Origin: Candidatus Omnitrophota bacterium
GTDB taxonomy: Bacteria; Omnitrophota; Gorgyraeia; Pluralincolimonadales; Pluralincolimonadaceae
Assembly (NCBI GenBank): GCA_003141835.1
Contig: PLNR01000008.1
Span: 132,472 to 196,471 of the forward strand
Length of the DNA stretch: 64,000 bases
Direction: 5' to 3'
Part shown: piece by piece, positions 34,494 through 44,206 of the stretch
Layout of the letters: the number at the start of each line of letters is the position of its first letter
Position numbering within the stretch: the stretch's first letter is position 1
Notes under the pieces: model-generated
The model's database searches: none
What the model saw: the letters and a program-made list of their open reading frames with translations, nothing else
Told to the model about the DNA's origin: nothing
Position numbers and translations under genes: made by a program

Positions 34494-35683
34494 CTTTTTC
34501 TTGACGCCAACGCTTTCGAGACCATATCAACGTCCTTGTCCCCTCTTCCCGAGAGGCATACGACGACGATATCGCTTTTTTTATGTTTCCGCGCGTGTTT
34601 CGCTAGGTACGCTATCGCGTGCGATGATTCGAGGGCTGGTATTATTCCCTCTGTCTCGGATAACAATTGGAACGCGTCCAGCGCCTCGTCATCCGTCACC
34701 GATACGTATTTCGCGCGGCCTATCGATTTAAAATACGCGTGCTCCGGACCGACGCCCGGGTAGTCGAGGCCGGCGGATATGGAATGGGCTATCTTTACCT
34801 GGCCCGCTTTATCCTGCAGGAGATAACTCTTGCTCCCGTGAAGTACGCCGACCTCTCCTTTTTCGAGGGTCGCGGCGTGCAGGCCCGTAGACAAACCTCG
34901 CCCTGCCGCCTCAACGCCGATGAATTTCACTTTTTTATCGTTGAAGAAATTATAAAAGAGCCCCATCGAATTCGAGCCGCCGCCGACGCACGCGAGCAGG
35001 TAGTCCGGCAGCCTGCCTTCGAGTTTCAATATCTGGCGCTTCGTCTCTTTCCCTATCACGGATTGGAAATCGCGGACCATCATCGGGAACGGATGCGGGC
35101 CTGCCACCGAGCCGATGCAATAATGTGTCGACCTGACGTTCGTGACCCAATCGCGCATCGCCTCGTTCATGGCGTCTTTTAAGGTCTTGCTCCCGCTTGA
35201 TACCGAAGTCACTTTTGAGCCGAGCAGGCGCATCCTGAATACATTAAGGGCCTGCCTCTTTATATCCTCCTCGCCCATGAAGACCTCGCATTCGAGGCCG
35301 AAGAGCGCGGCGACTGTGGCGGTTGCCACGCCGTGCTGGCCTGCGCCGGTCTCGGCGATGATCCTCTTCTTCCCCATCCTGAGCGTCAAAAGCCCCTGGC
35401 CCAGGGTATTATTTATCTTGTGAGATCCGGTATGGTTGAGGTCCTCGCGCTTAAGGTATATCTTCGGGCCTTTCAGTTTTTCGGTGAGGCGCCGGGCGTA
35501 ATAAAGCACGCTCGGCCTTCCCGCGAAGTCGGAGAGGTAATAATCCAGGAGTTTCCGGAATTTTTTATCTTTTTTTGCGGCCGCATACTCGCGCTCGAGC
35601 TCATCAAGCGCTGTCATGAGCGTCTCCGGGACATACTTTCCCCCGAATACGCCAAAATGGCCTTTTTTGTCAGGCAGTTTCAC
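34490..35683 (-). CDS. trpB: Tryptophan synthase beta subunit
   Basis: [38 protein letters not shown]. Confidence 0.98.
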   Translation of the reverse strand: MKLPDKKGHFGVFGGKYVPETLMTALDELEREYAAAKKDKKFRKLLDYYLSDFAGRPSVLYYARRLTEKLKGPKIYLKREDLNHTGSHKINNTLGQGLLTLRMGKKRIIAETGAGQHGVATATVAALFGLECEVFMGEEDIKRQALNVFRMRLLGSKVTSVSSGSKTLKDAMNEAMRDWVTNVRSTHYCIGSVAGPHPFPMMVRDFQSVIGKETKRQILKLEGRLPDYLLACVGGGSNSMGLFYNFFNDKKVKFIGVEAAGRGLSTGLHAATLEKGEVGVLHGSKSYLLQDKAGQVKIAHSISAGLDYPGVGPEHAYFKSIGRAKYVSVTDDEALDAFQLLSETEGIIPALESSHAIAYLAKHARKHKKSDIVVVCLSGRGDKDVDMVSKALASRKR

Positions 35684-35699
35684 GTCATAACCCCTTTAT

Positions 35700-35719
35700 T
35701 TTAAGTAAGTAAACTTAAA
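35700..35719. promoter_or_regulatory. Palindromic candidate operator over the trpB transcription start
   Basis: TTTAAGT-AAGTAA-ACTTAAA between the -10 element and the RBS. Confidence 0.4.
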
Positions 35720-35747
35720 TATTAGCACAGAGTTAAAGTGTAGTCAA
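35719..35747 (-). promoter_or_regulatory. sigma70 promoter for the trpBA run
   Basis: Minus strand TTGACT-N17-TAATAT with TG extension. Confidence 0.65.
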
Positions 35748-35770
35748 TTTATATTAGGTGCAGGACCTGT

Positions 35771-35920
35771 CTACTGCGGCTCTTTTTGTGGCGTAACGGG
35801 TGTGTTAAGGTAGTATTGTTCGGGGCTGTTCGTTACATTGCCAAGCCAGGTATTATTGTTGTTCCAGGTGCAATTTGCGTTAATCAGCGCCGGCCATACA
35901 AACACTGTCAAAAATATCAT
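35771..35920 (-). CDS. Putative 49-aa small protein (hydrophobic N-terminus, Trp/Asn-rich)
   Basis: MIFLTVFVWPALINANCTWNNNNTWLGNVTNSPEQYYLNTPVTPQKEPQ fills the gap after the CHASE2 gene; weak RBS. Confidence 0.4.
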   Translation of the reverse strand: MIFLTVFVWPALINANCTWNNNNTWLGNVTNSPEQYYLNTPVTPQKEPQ

Positions 35921-35938
35921 CTTATTTTCGACCTTTTT

Positions 35939-37825
35939 CTATGTCAATTTAAGCACTATGACCGTCATATCGTCGTGCTGCGGCATGCCTGTGCTGAACT
36001 TGATGACCTCTTCTACCAGCTTATCTGCCAAACCCTGAGCGGGAAGGCGCCTGTTCAATAGTGCCGTATCTAGTATGCGTTTCTCGCCGAATTCCTTCTG
36101 GTTCTTATCGCGGGCTTCCGAGATGCCGTCGGTATACATCACGAATAAGTCCCCGGCCGAAACAGGGAATTCATCCGCGGTGAATTCGGACCCGGGGATT
36201 ATGCCAACCGGCGGCCCGACCGACTGCGTGAGAGATACCACGTCTCCAGTGTTCTTTACCCAGACAAGCGGGTTATGCCCTCCGTTGGAATATTTTATCT
36301 TTTTCTCTTTGGGTTTATAAATAAGGTATTGGAGGGTTACGAACATCCCGGATACTCCTTCTTCGACCAGCCTGTCGTTGACCGCGGTCATTGTCTCGTC
36401 CGGTTCATTATAATTATGCGATAAACCACGGAAATCCGCCATAGCCTTAGCCATGAATAACGCTGCCGACACTCCCTTCCCCGAGACATCGCCTATGACT
36501 ATCCCGAGCCTGTTTTCCTTAAGCTGCACGAAATCGTACAATAATTTTATGAAATCGTAGAAATCGCCTCCGACATGTTTTGCCGGGACACACTTTACGC
36601 CGACTTCGATGCCCTCCATCTGCGGCAGGCTCTGCGGCAGAATCGACTGCTGGATGCGGCTCGCTATCTGGAGTTCTTTTTCGATCAACCCCTTCTCAAA
36701 GCGCGTTATTATGAACTGGTCGAGCGTTATGGCCGGGTAGGCGATAAAGCAAAGCAGGAGCATCGTCGCAAAATCAACCCATATATTGAAGAATTTGAAT
36801 GCGATGATGGCTGTTATTACGATGGCTAATACAGCCACCAGGAAAAAGACGAGACTCCCGGAAGGCGTGCGTTTGGGGATAATTATCCCGAAGGCAGCGC
36901 CGATAAACAAAAGCACAAGGAATATCCCGGTCCCGGAAACCCTGTTGATAAAATCCTTTTGGAGCATTGTATTCACCGAGCTTGCCCTGATGCCTACTCC
37001 CGGATAGAGAGACGAAACCGATGTCGACCAATAGTCTTCCGCGCCTGTCGCGGTCAGGCCTATTATTACGATCTTATCCTTAAAGATGTTAAGGTCGATG
37101 TTCGGCTTCTCCCCTTTATCGAGCTGGTTGGCCGATAACGGAATATCCGAAAAAGAGACCCTCTTGAACCTGTCGAAACCGCCGGCATAATTTATCCACA
37201 TAAACCCGTTCTTATCAGTCTTCGTATGGAGCTTGGCCGGGTCTGCGCTCAGGTAATACGCCGCCGCGGAAAGGTCGAGGGACGGGCGGGCTTTCCCTTC
37301 GTATTCTATGAAGACTGGAAGCTTCCTTACTTTGCCGTCGGGTTCGACCATGATATTTACGAAACCGGAACCTTTCGCGCTGCGGAGGAGGTCTTCGATC
37401 GGCAAAGTCTCCTTGCGCGCCCTCAAACCTTTGCCATTATCAGGATAGAGGTCGAAATATGAGGCGAAGAAAACATTCCCGAGTTTTTTAGCCTCTAAAG
37501 CGAGTTGTTTGTCTTCTTCAGGATGCTCCGCTTCCGCTTCGGTAAAAAGGATATCGAATACGATAGCCTTCGGCTTATATCTCTCGAGTATATCTAGGAA
37601 CTCGGCGTGATAGCCCCTCGGCCACGGCCAACGCCCGAAATCATTTATTGCCCTGTCGTCTATCTCCACCACTATGATATCCGGGCTTACCGGTTTCGAA
37701 CCACGGGCTTTGAAGAGGAGGTCAAGCCCCTGGTATTCGAGCATGGCGAGCCAACCCGGGATATAAAGGGTGCCCAACACCAGCGCGCATACGATCCCTA
37801 TCAGTAACCCGCTCTTCTTCTTCAT
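35939..37825 (-). CDS. CHASE2 sensor fused to PP2C/SpoIIE (RsbU-like) phosphatase
   Basis: IVVVEIDD..GRWPWPR..FDILF (CHASE2), three TM helices, VGGDFYD, GDVSGKG, YTDG, HDDMT. Confidence 0.9.
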   Translation of the reverse strand: MKKKSGLLIGIVCALVLGTLYIPGWLAMLEYQGLDLLFKARGSKPVSPDIIVVEIDDRAINDFGRWPWPRGYHAEFLDILERYKPKAIVFDILFTEAEAEHPEEDKQLALEAKKLGNVFFASYFDLYPDNGKGLRARKETLPIEDLLRSAKGSGFVNIMVEPDGKVRKLPVFIEYEGKARPSLDLSAAAYYLSADPAKLHTKTDKNGFMWINYAGGFDRFKRVSFSDIPLSANQLDKGEKPNIDLNIFKDKIVIIGLTATGAEDYWSTSVSSLYPGVGIRASSVNTMLQKDFINRVSGTGIFLVLLFIGAAFGIIIPKRTPSGSLVFFLVAVLAIVITAIIAFKFFNIWVDFATMLLLCFIAYPAITLDQFIITRFEKGLIEKELQIASRIQQSILPQSLPQMEGIEVGVKCVPAKHVGGDFYDFIKLLYDFVQLKENRLGIVIGDVSGKGVSAALFMAKAMADFRGLSHNYNEPDETMTAVNDRLVEEGVSGMFVTLQYLIYKPKEKKIKYSNGGHNPLVWVKNTGDVVSLTQSVGPPVGIIPGSEFTADEFPVSAGDLFVMYTDGISEARDKNQKEFGEKRILDTALLNRRLPAQGLADKLVEEVIKFSTGMPQHDDMTVIVLKLT

Positions 37826-39807
37826 TCTATTATTATCTCACAATCCGGCAGCGCCGACAAAAATTTCCTGCCGTACGGCTTGGTCAATATCCTGCTGTCC
37901 AGTATCACGACGATGCCCGTGTCATATTTTGTCCGCACGAGCCTGCCGAAACCCTGCTTTAATTTCAGTATCGCCTGCGGGAGGCTGTATTCCTGGAACG
38001 GGTCTCCGCCTTCGTCCTTTATCTTCTCCATCCTCGCCTCGGAGATCGGATGGTCCGGTACCGAGAACGGCAGCCTCGTGATGATGACATTGCTCAGCGC
38101 CTCTCCGGGTACATCTACGCCTGTCCAGAACGAGTCCACGCCGAATATAACCGAGCCGACATCGCGCTTGAATGCCTCCAGCATCTTGGTGCGCGGGAGC
38201 CCGGCCCCCTGCTTCAATACCGGGATGCCGAGGTCGTGGAGGAAAGGCGCGGTCTCCTCGTATACGTCATCCATGAACTTATAGCTCGTGAACAGGACGA
38301 ACGCCTTCCCCTCGGTCCGTTCGAGGTAATCTTTCAGTTTATTGACGACTTCCGTTTTATATTTGCCGTAGTCGTTGGGATCGGGCATCTTCTTCGGGAT
38401 GTGGATCTTCACGTTATTGGCGAAATCGAACGGCGAGCCGAGCAATTTCTCGTCGCACCGTTTTAACCCGAGACGGCCCTTTATGTATTCGAAATTCTTC
38501 TCGGTCGATAACGTTGCGCTTGTAAGGACTACCGTATCGATCCTTGAAAAGAGCATGCCGTTGAGCGCCGGGGCGATGTTGATGGGCGCGCAATCCAGGG
38601 ATATCCTGCGGAACCGCCTTCCCGATATCTCCGCCCAATAAACATAGTCTTCCGCATCTTGGGCCAGGAATATCGCAAGGGTCTGGACAAGCCCTTCGAT
38701 CCTGTTCATGTAATATTTATAATCCACCTCTTCTTCTTTGGAGCGGGCATGCTCGAACCTGTCTTCAAGCATCCGGGAGAGGCTCTTGAGCGGCCTCGAG
38801 AGGCAGTCGTCGGTGAAATCCGGCTCCCTGACCCTGCGTATCGTATCCCTGTCGAGCCAATCCGCGACCCCGTCAAAGAACTTATCCGAGGCCTTCCTCA
38901 GGTCGGAAACAAAATCTTTCAGCCCGTCGTCGCTTACAGATGTAAGGAACCCCTTCTTCTTCGTCGGATTATACAGGGAATCGAGGAGGTACTTTACCTT
39001 AAAATTCGAGATCTCGTAACCGAGGTGCTCCGTCGCAACGTCTTCGATCGTATGCGCTTCGTCGAAGACGACGCACGAGTAATTCGGGAGGAGCGAATAT
39101 TCGGATTGGCGCAATGCAAGGTCTGAGAAGAAGAGATGATGGTTGACTATCAGGATATCCGCTTCCTGCATATTGCTTCGCGCCTTCATGAGGAAACATT
39201 CGTTCTTGTACGGGCACTTCTTACCGAGGCAGGTGTCAGGCTCGCAGCATACCCTCTCCCACACCTTCGGGTTGGGTTCATCGCTGAAATCAGAACGCGA
39301 GCCGTCTGTCGTTACCTTTGACCAGGCGAGGATATTCCGCAGGTCGGCGACCTCCTCCTTTGATTCAAAGAGATCTGTCCTCGACGAAAAGACCCGGTTG
39401 AGCCTCCTGAGGCAGAGATAATTCGACCGGCCTTTTACTAGGCAATAGGTGAAGTCGTACGGCATGACCGACTTGATGAACGGGATATCTTTTTTGACGA
39501 GCTGTTCCTGGAGGCTGATGGTATTTGTGGAGATGACTGCTTTCTTATGCGACGATACCGCGGAGTCTATCAGCGGCACGAGGTAAGCGAATGATTTACC
39601 GACACCCGTGCCGGCCTCGGTTATAAGGTGCCTCTTCTTCCTGATGGCGTCCTCGACGGCCTTCGCCATCTGCCCCTGCTGCGGGCGGAATTCGTAATCT
39701 TTGAATGCGTTCGCGAGCAGCCCGTCCTTGCCAAAAAACCCCTCCGCGTCGATATTCGCGTCCGGATTATCGGTGCCTGTGAGCAACGGACTGTTAGGTA
39801 ATATCAT
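37822..39807 (-). CDS. DinG/YoaA family Fe-S DNA helicase
   Basis: EAGTGVGKS, KGRSNYLC, Cys cluster CCEPDTCLGKKCPYKNEC, DEAH, QGFGRLVR. Confidence 0.93.
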   Translation of the reverse strand: MILPNSPLLTGTDNPDANIDAEGFFGKDGLLANAFKDYEFRPQQGQMAKAVEDAIRKKRHLITEAGTGVGKSFAYLVPLIDSAVSSHKKAVISTNTISLQEQLVKKDIPFIKSVMPYDFTYCLVKGRSNYLCLRRLNRVFSSRTDLFESKEEVADLRNILAWSKVTTDGSRSDFSDEPNPKVWERVCCEPDTCLGKKCPYKNECFLMKARSNMQEADILIVNHHLFFSDLALRQSEYSLLPNYSCVVFDEAHTIEDVATEHLGYEISNFKVKYLLDSLYNPTKKKGFLTSVSDDGLKDFVSDLRKASDKFFDGVADWLDRDTIRRVREPDFTDDCLSRPLKSLSRMLEDRFEHARSKEEEVDYKYYMNRIEGLVQTLAIFLAQDAEDYVYWAEISGRRFRRISLDCAPINIAPALNGMLFSRIDTVVLTSATLSTEKNFEYIKGRLGLKRCDEKLLGSPFDFANNVKIHIPKKMPDPNDYGKYKTEVVNKLKDYLERTEGKAFVLFTSYKFMDDVYEETAPFLHDLGIPVLKQGAGLPRTKMLEAFKRDVGSVIFGVDSFWTGVDVPGEALSNVIITRLPFSVPDHPISEARMEKIKDEGGDPFQEYSLPQAILKLKQGFGRLVRTKYDTGIVVILDSRILTKPYGRKFLSALPDCEIIIE

Positions 39808-40665
39808 TTATCTCGGGCTTATGGCTAATTCCTCCAGCCGCGCGATCCTGCGTTCTATGGGCGGATGCGTGCTGAAGAGGTTAGTGATCCCGCCGCCGGT
39901 AAGGGGATTGACGATGAAGAGGTGCGCGGTCGTCGGGTTTGCCTGCATAGGTACCTGGCGTGAGTAATTATAGAGTTTCCGTAACGCGTTCGCGAGCGAG
40001 AGAGGCCTCCCGCACAACTTGGCGCCTGACTCGTCGGCCATATACTCCCTCGAGCGCGAGATCGCTAATTGTATAAACATGGCGACGAAGGGCGCAAGGA
40101 TAGCTATTGCAATCAGGGCGATCGGATTGCTGCCTTCCCTGTCATTGTCTCTTCCGCCCGCGCCTCCGAATATCGCCGCCCACTCCGCCATCCTGGCTAG
40201 CACATATATGGCACCCGCAATGGTTGCCACAACGGTCATGATCAGGGTATCCCTATTGTGGACATGGGAGAGTTCGTGCGCTATGACGCCCTCGAGCTCG
40301 TCGTCGCTTAATAAACGCATTATGCCTTCAGTCACGGCAATAGAGGCGTGCGCCGGGCTACGTCCGGTAGCGAACGCGTTAGGCGTTTCGACAGGTATGA
40401 CATATATTTTCGGTTTAGGGATGTCGGCTTTGGTCGCGAGGTTCTGGACTATCCTGTGGATCTTAGGGTAATCCTGTGCCGAGGCCTCTTTCGCGTGGTA
40501 CATCGCGAGGACTATCTTATCCGAGAACCAATACGAGAAGAAATTCATCACGACGGCGAACCCGAAAGCTATGATCATGCCGTTGCGTCCGCCTATGAGG
40601 CTCCCCACGAAAATAAGCAGGAGCGTCAGTAGCGTAAGGAAAAATACCGTCTTGAATACGTTCAT
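39808..40665 (-). CDS. htpX: Membrane zinc protease HtpX
   Basis: [31 protein letters not shown]. Confidence 0.96.
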   Translation of the reverse strand: MNVFKTVFFLTLLTLLLIFVGSLIGGRNGMIIAFGFAVVMNFFSYWFSDKIVLAMYHAKEASAQDYPKIHRIVQNLATKADIPKPKIYVIPVETPNAFATGRSPAHASIAVTEGIMRLLSDDELEGVIAHELSHVHNRDTLIMTVVATIAGAIYVLARMAEWAAIFGGAGGRDNDREGSNPIALIAIAILAPFVAMFIQLAISRSREYMADESGAKLCGRPLSLANALRKLYNYSRQVPMQANPTTAHLFIVNPLTGGGITNLFSTHPPIERRIARLEELAISPR

Positions 40666-40681
40666 GTTTAAACAACCCCCC

Positions 40682-41224
40682 TTAAAGATTCTTTATTTCG
40701 GATACTTCCCTGTCTATCAGGTGTGCCACTTCGGAGATCTCTTTGATCGCGTTATCTACGGCCTTCTTGAAATAAATGGCCCCGGGATGCCTCTCCCCGA
40801 GCTCTACCAGGCGCGCGCCCATATCTATGAGCGTCAGGTACATCTTTTTTAGTTCCTGCGCATCCTGGTAGTTCCTGAACTTCCTGTTGAGGAACTTTAC
40901 CAGTTCCTTCTTCTCTTCCGGATCTATTTTTATGAACCTGACCCCTATGCCGGGATAATATGTCGGGTTCTTGTCCTTATCGGCAATCCATGCGACGCGC
41001 CCCATCACCTCTATCGGGTTGGAGACGGTCGGCAGGCTGAATTCGAGGTCCATCTCCATGCCGAGCTTGAATTTTTTGGTGGTCTTGAGGAAGAGCCCGT
41101 GCTCCGCGAAATTTTTCGTCCTGAAAAGGTACGCCTTGCTGCTCGCGGACTTATCCTTCTTCCGGTGCCATTTGACCTCGACGTCCAGCGCCAGGCGGCG
41201 GTGCAATCTCTTATTGGAAGCCAT
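40682..41224 (-). CDS. PilZ domain protein with C-terminal helical extension
   Basis: RLHRR (RxxxR), [20 protein letters not shown]. Confidence 0.8.
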   Translation of the reverse strand: MASNKRLHRRLALDVEVKWHRKKDKSASSKAYLFRTKNFAEHGLFLKTTKKFKLGMEMDLEFSLPTVSNPIEVMGRVAWIADKDKNPTYYPGIGVRFIKIDPEEKKELVKFLNRKFRNYQDAQELKKMYLTLIDMGARLVELGERHPGAIYFKKAVDNAIKEISEVAHLIDREVSEIKNL

Positions 41225-41238
41225 ATCGGATCCTTTCG

Positions 41239-41859
41239 CTAGTTTGTCTTCTTCGTTTTTTCGATAAACTTTTTCATGCGGCCGCGGTCCTTCCTTCCCG
41301 GAGCGGCCTCAAGCCTGCTGCAGGCGTCCACAGCGTAAGGCCTTACTTTTTTAATGGCCGGACCGACGTTGCCGGCGTCGAGGCCGCCCGCCAGGATCAC
41401 GGGTTTGCCGTATTTTTTCGCTTTTACGGCCAGGGCCCAATCGAACCTCACGCCTGTGCCGCCGCTCTTTCCCTTGACGCACGAATCGAGCAGGAAAGCG
41501 TCTACCGCGTACCTGCCCAGCCCCTTCAGGTCGGCAGGCCCGCCGACGCGGACTGACTTTATTATTTTATAATATTTATTGAGCCCTTTGCAATAGGCTG
41601 GAGACTCGTTGCCGTGCAGCTGGAGCAGGTCGAGCCGGCATTCGCGGGCTGTCTTTAACACTTTATCTTTTTTTTCGTCGACAAAAACCCCCACCGTGAC
41701 TACGTATGGGGGCAATTTCGCTATTATATCCTTTGCTTTTTTCGGGGTGACAGCGCGCGGGCTTTTGGCAAAGACAAAACCCAGAACGTCTGCCCCGTAA
41801 AGGCATGCCGCCTCGGCGTCTTTATAATTGGTTATCCCGCAGATCTTCACTTTTACCAA
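41239..41859 (-). CDS. trpF: Phosphoribosylanthranilate isomerase
   Basis: VKICGIT, QLHGNES, GGTG, LAGGL. Confidence 0.97.
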   Translation of the reverse strand: MVKVKICGITNYKDAEAACLYGADVLGFVFAKSPRAVTPKKAKDIIAKLPPYVVTVGVFVDEKKDKVLKTARECRLDLLQLHGNESPAYCKGLNKYYKIIKSVRVGGPADLKGLGRYAVDAFLLDSCVKGKSGGTGVRFDWALAVKAKKYGKPVILAGGLDAGNVGPAIKKVRPYAVDACSRLEAAPGRKDRGRMKKFIEKTKKTN

Positions 41860-42629
41860 GCCATCACCCTCTTTACTTCGGCGCCGATATCGTCTGCCTC
41901 CATGAAGGCCGTCCCGATGAGGACCGCTTTTACTCCGGTGGAAGCAAGTGACTGGACGTCTTCCGGTTCCCTGAAGCCGCTCTCCGAGACGATTATCTTC
42001 TCCGGCGCGACCTTCGCGACCAACTCACGCGTTATGCTAAGGTCGGTCTCCAAAGTCATGAGGTTCCGGTTATTGATCCCGATTATCTCAGCCTCTATAC
42101 CCAGCGCCTTATCGAGGTCGCGCTGGTTGTGTACTTCTATGACCGTATCCATGCCGAGCGATCTCGCCTCGTGGAAGAGCGCTTTGAGCATCCCCCTGTC
42201 GAGCGCGGCGGCTATAAGGAGCACGGCGTCTGCGCCGGCTATCGCCGACTCATAGATCTGGTATTCCGATATGATGAAATCCTTGCGCAGGATAGGCAGG
42301 TCGACGGCCTGCCTTACCGCCTTGAGGTGGTCCAGGCTTCCCTGGAAATATTTATCCTCTGTAAGGACGGATAACGCGGCCGCCCCGCTCTTCTTGTATA
42401 TCCTCGCGATCGCCTCCGGGTCATAATCGTGCCTTATGACGCCGTGCGAGGGCGACGCTTTTTTCAGCTCTGCGATCAGGTTCATCCTGCCGCTTTTTGA
42501 GATCGCTTTCTTGAATCCGCGGTTCTTGACCGGGGAAGCCGTCCTCTCGATCTCATCGAGAGGCAGGATCTCCTGCGCTTTTTCAAGTTTGTGTTTCTTG
42601 TGTTCGATTATATCATCAAGGCCTATCAT
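41853..42629 (-). CDS. trpC: Indole-3-glycerol phosphate synthase
   Basis: IAELKKASPS, SVLTE, LRKDFI, GINNRNL, SESG. Confidence 0.97.
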   Translation of the reverse strand: MIGLDDIIEHKKHKLEKAQEILPLDEIERTASPVKNRGFKKAISKSGRMNLIAELKKASPSHGVIRHDYDPEAIARIYKKSGAAALSVLTEDKYFQGSLDHLKAVRQAVDLPILRKDFIISEYQIYESAIAGADAVLLIAAALDRGMLKALFHEARSLGMDTVIEVHNQRDLDKALGIEAEIIGINNRNLMTLETDLSITRELVAKVAPEKIIVSESGFREPEDVQSLASTGVKAVLIGTAFMEADDIGAEVKRVMAW

Positions 42630-43636
42630 GAGCTTGCCGCCTCCTTTAATGCCTGCAGTTTCTCGAGGGCCATGCCGGATTCTATAGACTCTTCGGCCAT
42701 TTGTATCCCCTCTTTGATGTCCGAAGCCTTGTCAGCCGCGTATATGGCGCAGCCGGCGTTCAACACGACGATATCGTATTTAGGGCCTTTCTCGCCGCTC
42801 AGGATATCCATCGCTATCTTCGCGTTCTCAGCGGGTTCGCCGCCCTTAAGGTCCCCGGCTTTTGCCTTCTTTATCCCGAAATCGCGCGGTGAGATCTCGT
42901 AGGTCCTGACCTTGCCGCCTTTGAGTTCGGATATCTGCGTTTTGTCAGTCGTCGTCACTTCGTCGAGGCCGTCTTTTCCGTGGACGACGAGCGCATGTTT
43001 TGAGCCCAATCTTCCGAGAACTTTTGCGATGGGCTCGGTCAATTCCCCGTCGTAAACCCCTAATAACTGGTTCGTGGCGCCGGCAGGGTTGGTCATAGGG
43101 CCCAATATATTGAATATCGTCCTGATCCCTATCTCCTTGCGCGGGCCTATCGCGTATTGCATAGCCTTGTGCATCTTTGGCGCGAAAAGGAACCCTATCC
43201 CGGCTTCATCGATGCATTTCGAGACGGTCTGTTCCTCCGCGTCAATATTTATCCCGAGTGCCTTTAGGAGGTCTGCGCTGCCGCAATTGGAAGAGACGCT
43301 CCTGTTGCCGTGCTTTGCGACGATGACGCCGGCGCCGGCCACGACAAAAGCAGTTATCGTAGAGACATTAAAGGTCTGGCATTCGTCGCCGCCCGTACCG
43401 CACGTGTCCAGCACGACCGGATGCCTGGTCTTTATCTTCACGGCGTGCCTGCGCATTATTTCGGCCGCGCCGGTTATCTCATCTATCGTCTCTCCTTTTA
43501 TCCGCATCGCGGTAAGGAAAGCGGCTATCTGGGCCGGGGAAGCCTGCCCCGTCATTATCTCCTCCATCGCGAGTTCCATCTCGTTCTTGGACAGGTCTTC
43601 GCATCTCACAAGTTTGGCTATCGCTTCTCTTATCAT
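42626..43636 (-). CDS. trpD: Anthranilate phosphoribosyltransferase
   Basis: DTCGTGGD, KHGNRSVSS, RTIFNILGP; real start MIREAI at 43636 (TAATG overlap with trpG). Confidence 0.97.
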   Translation of the reverse strand: MIREAIAKLVRCEDLSKNEMELAMEEIMTGQASPAQIAAFLTAMRIKGETIDEITGAAEIMRRHAVKIKTRHPVVLDTCGTGGDECQTFNVSTITAFVVAGAGVIVAKHGNRSVSSNCGSADLLKALGINIDAEEQTVSKCIDEAGIGFLFAPKMHKAMQYAIGPRKEIGIRTIFNILGPMTNPAGATNQLLGVYDGELTEPIAKVLGRLGSKHALVVHGKDGLDEVTTTDKTQISELKGGKVRTYEISPRDFGIKKAKAGDLKGGEPAENAKIAMDILSGEKGPKYDIVVLNAGCAIYAADKASDIKEGIQMAEESIESGMALEKLQALKEAASS

Positions 43637-44205
43637 TATGCTTTTAACTCCAGGAAATTCTTCAAGAGCTTCTTTCCGTCGACGGTCAATATCGATTCCG
43701 GGTGGAATTGGACCCCCCAAGCAGGGAATTTTTTGTGCCTCAGCCCCATTATCTCCTTATCCTTCGTCTCGGCGGTTATCTCAAGGCATTTGGGAAGGGA
43801 TTTTCGTTCCACGATAAGCGAGTGGTATCTTATCGCGTCGAACGGGCTCTTCAGCCCCTTGAATATCTCTCTGCCGTTATGGTAGATCTTCGAGGTCTTG
43901 CCGTGCATCGGCCTCTTCCCTTTTACCACCTTCCCGCCGAATACCTCGCCTATGCACTGGTGGCCGAGGCAGACTCCGAGGATAGGGACCTTTCCGGCGA
44001 ACTCGCGCACCACGTCATTGGAGATACCCGCGTCTTTGGGGAAACCGGGGCCGGGAGAGATCACTATTTTTTTAGGGCGCAGCGCTTTTATCTTTTGAAG
44101 GGTTATCTTGTCGTTCCTTACTACCTTAAGGTCCTGCCCCATCTCGCCGAGGTACTGGACGAGGTTGTACGTGAACGAATCGTAATTATCGATGACTAGG
44201 ATCAT
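43636..44205 (-). CDS. trpG: Anthranilate/ADC synthase glutamine amidotransferase
   Basis: [33 protein letters not shown]. Confidence 0.96.
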   Translation of the reverse strand: MILVIDNYDSFTYNLVQYLGEMGQDLKVVRNDKITLQKIKALRPKKIVISPGPGFPKDAGISNDVVREFAGKVPILGVCLGHQCIGEVFGGKVVKGKRPMHGKTSKIYHNGREIFKGLKSPFDAIRYHSLIVERKSLPKCLEITAETKDKEIMGLRHKKFPAWGVQFHPESILTVDGKKLLKNFLELKA

Positions 44206-44206
44206 C

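Noticed and set aside
35921-35941. Genome-wide TAG recoding
   Set aside because: TAG ends guaB, groEL, valS and hisD at the expected positions
43637-43720. N-terminal extension of TrpD
   Set aside because: Overlaps trpG out of frame; the TAATG-coupled start at 43636 fits better
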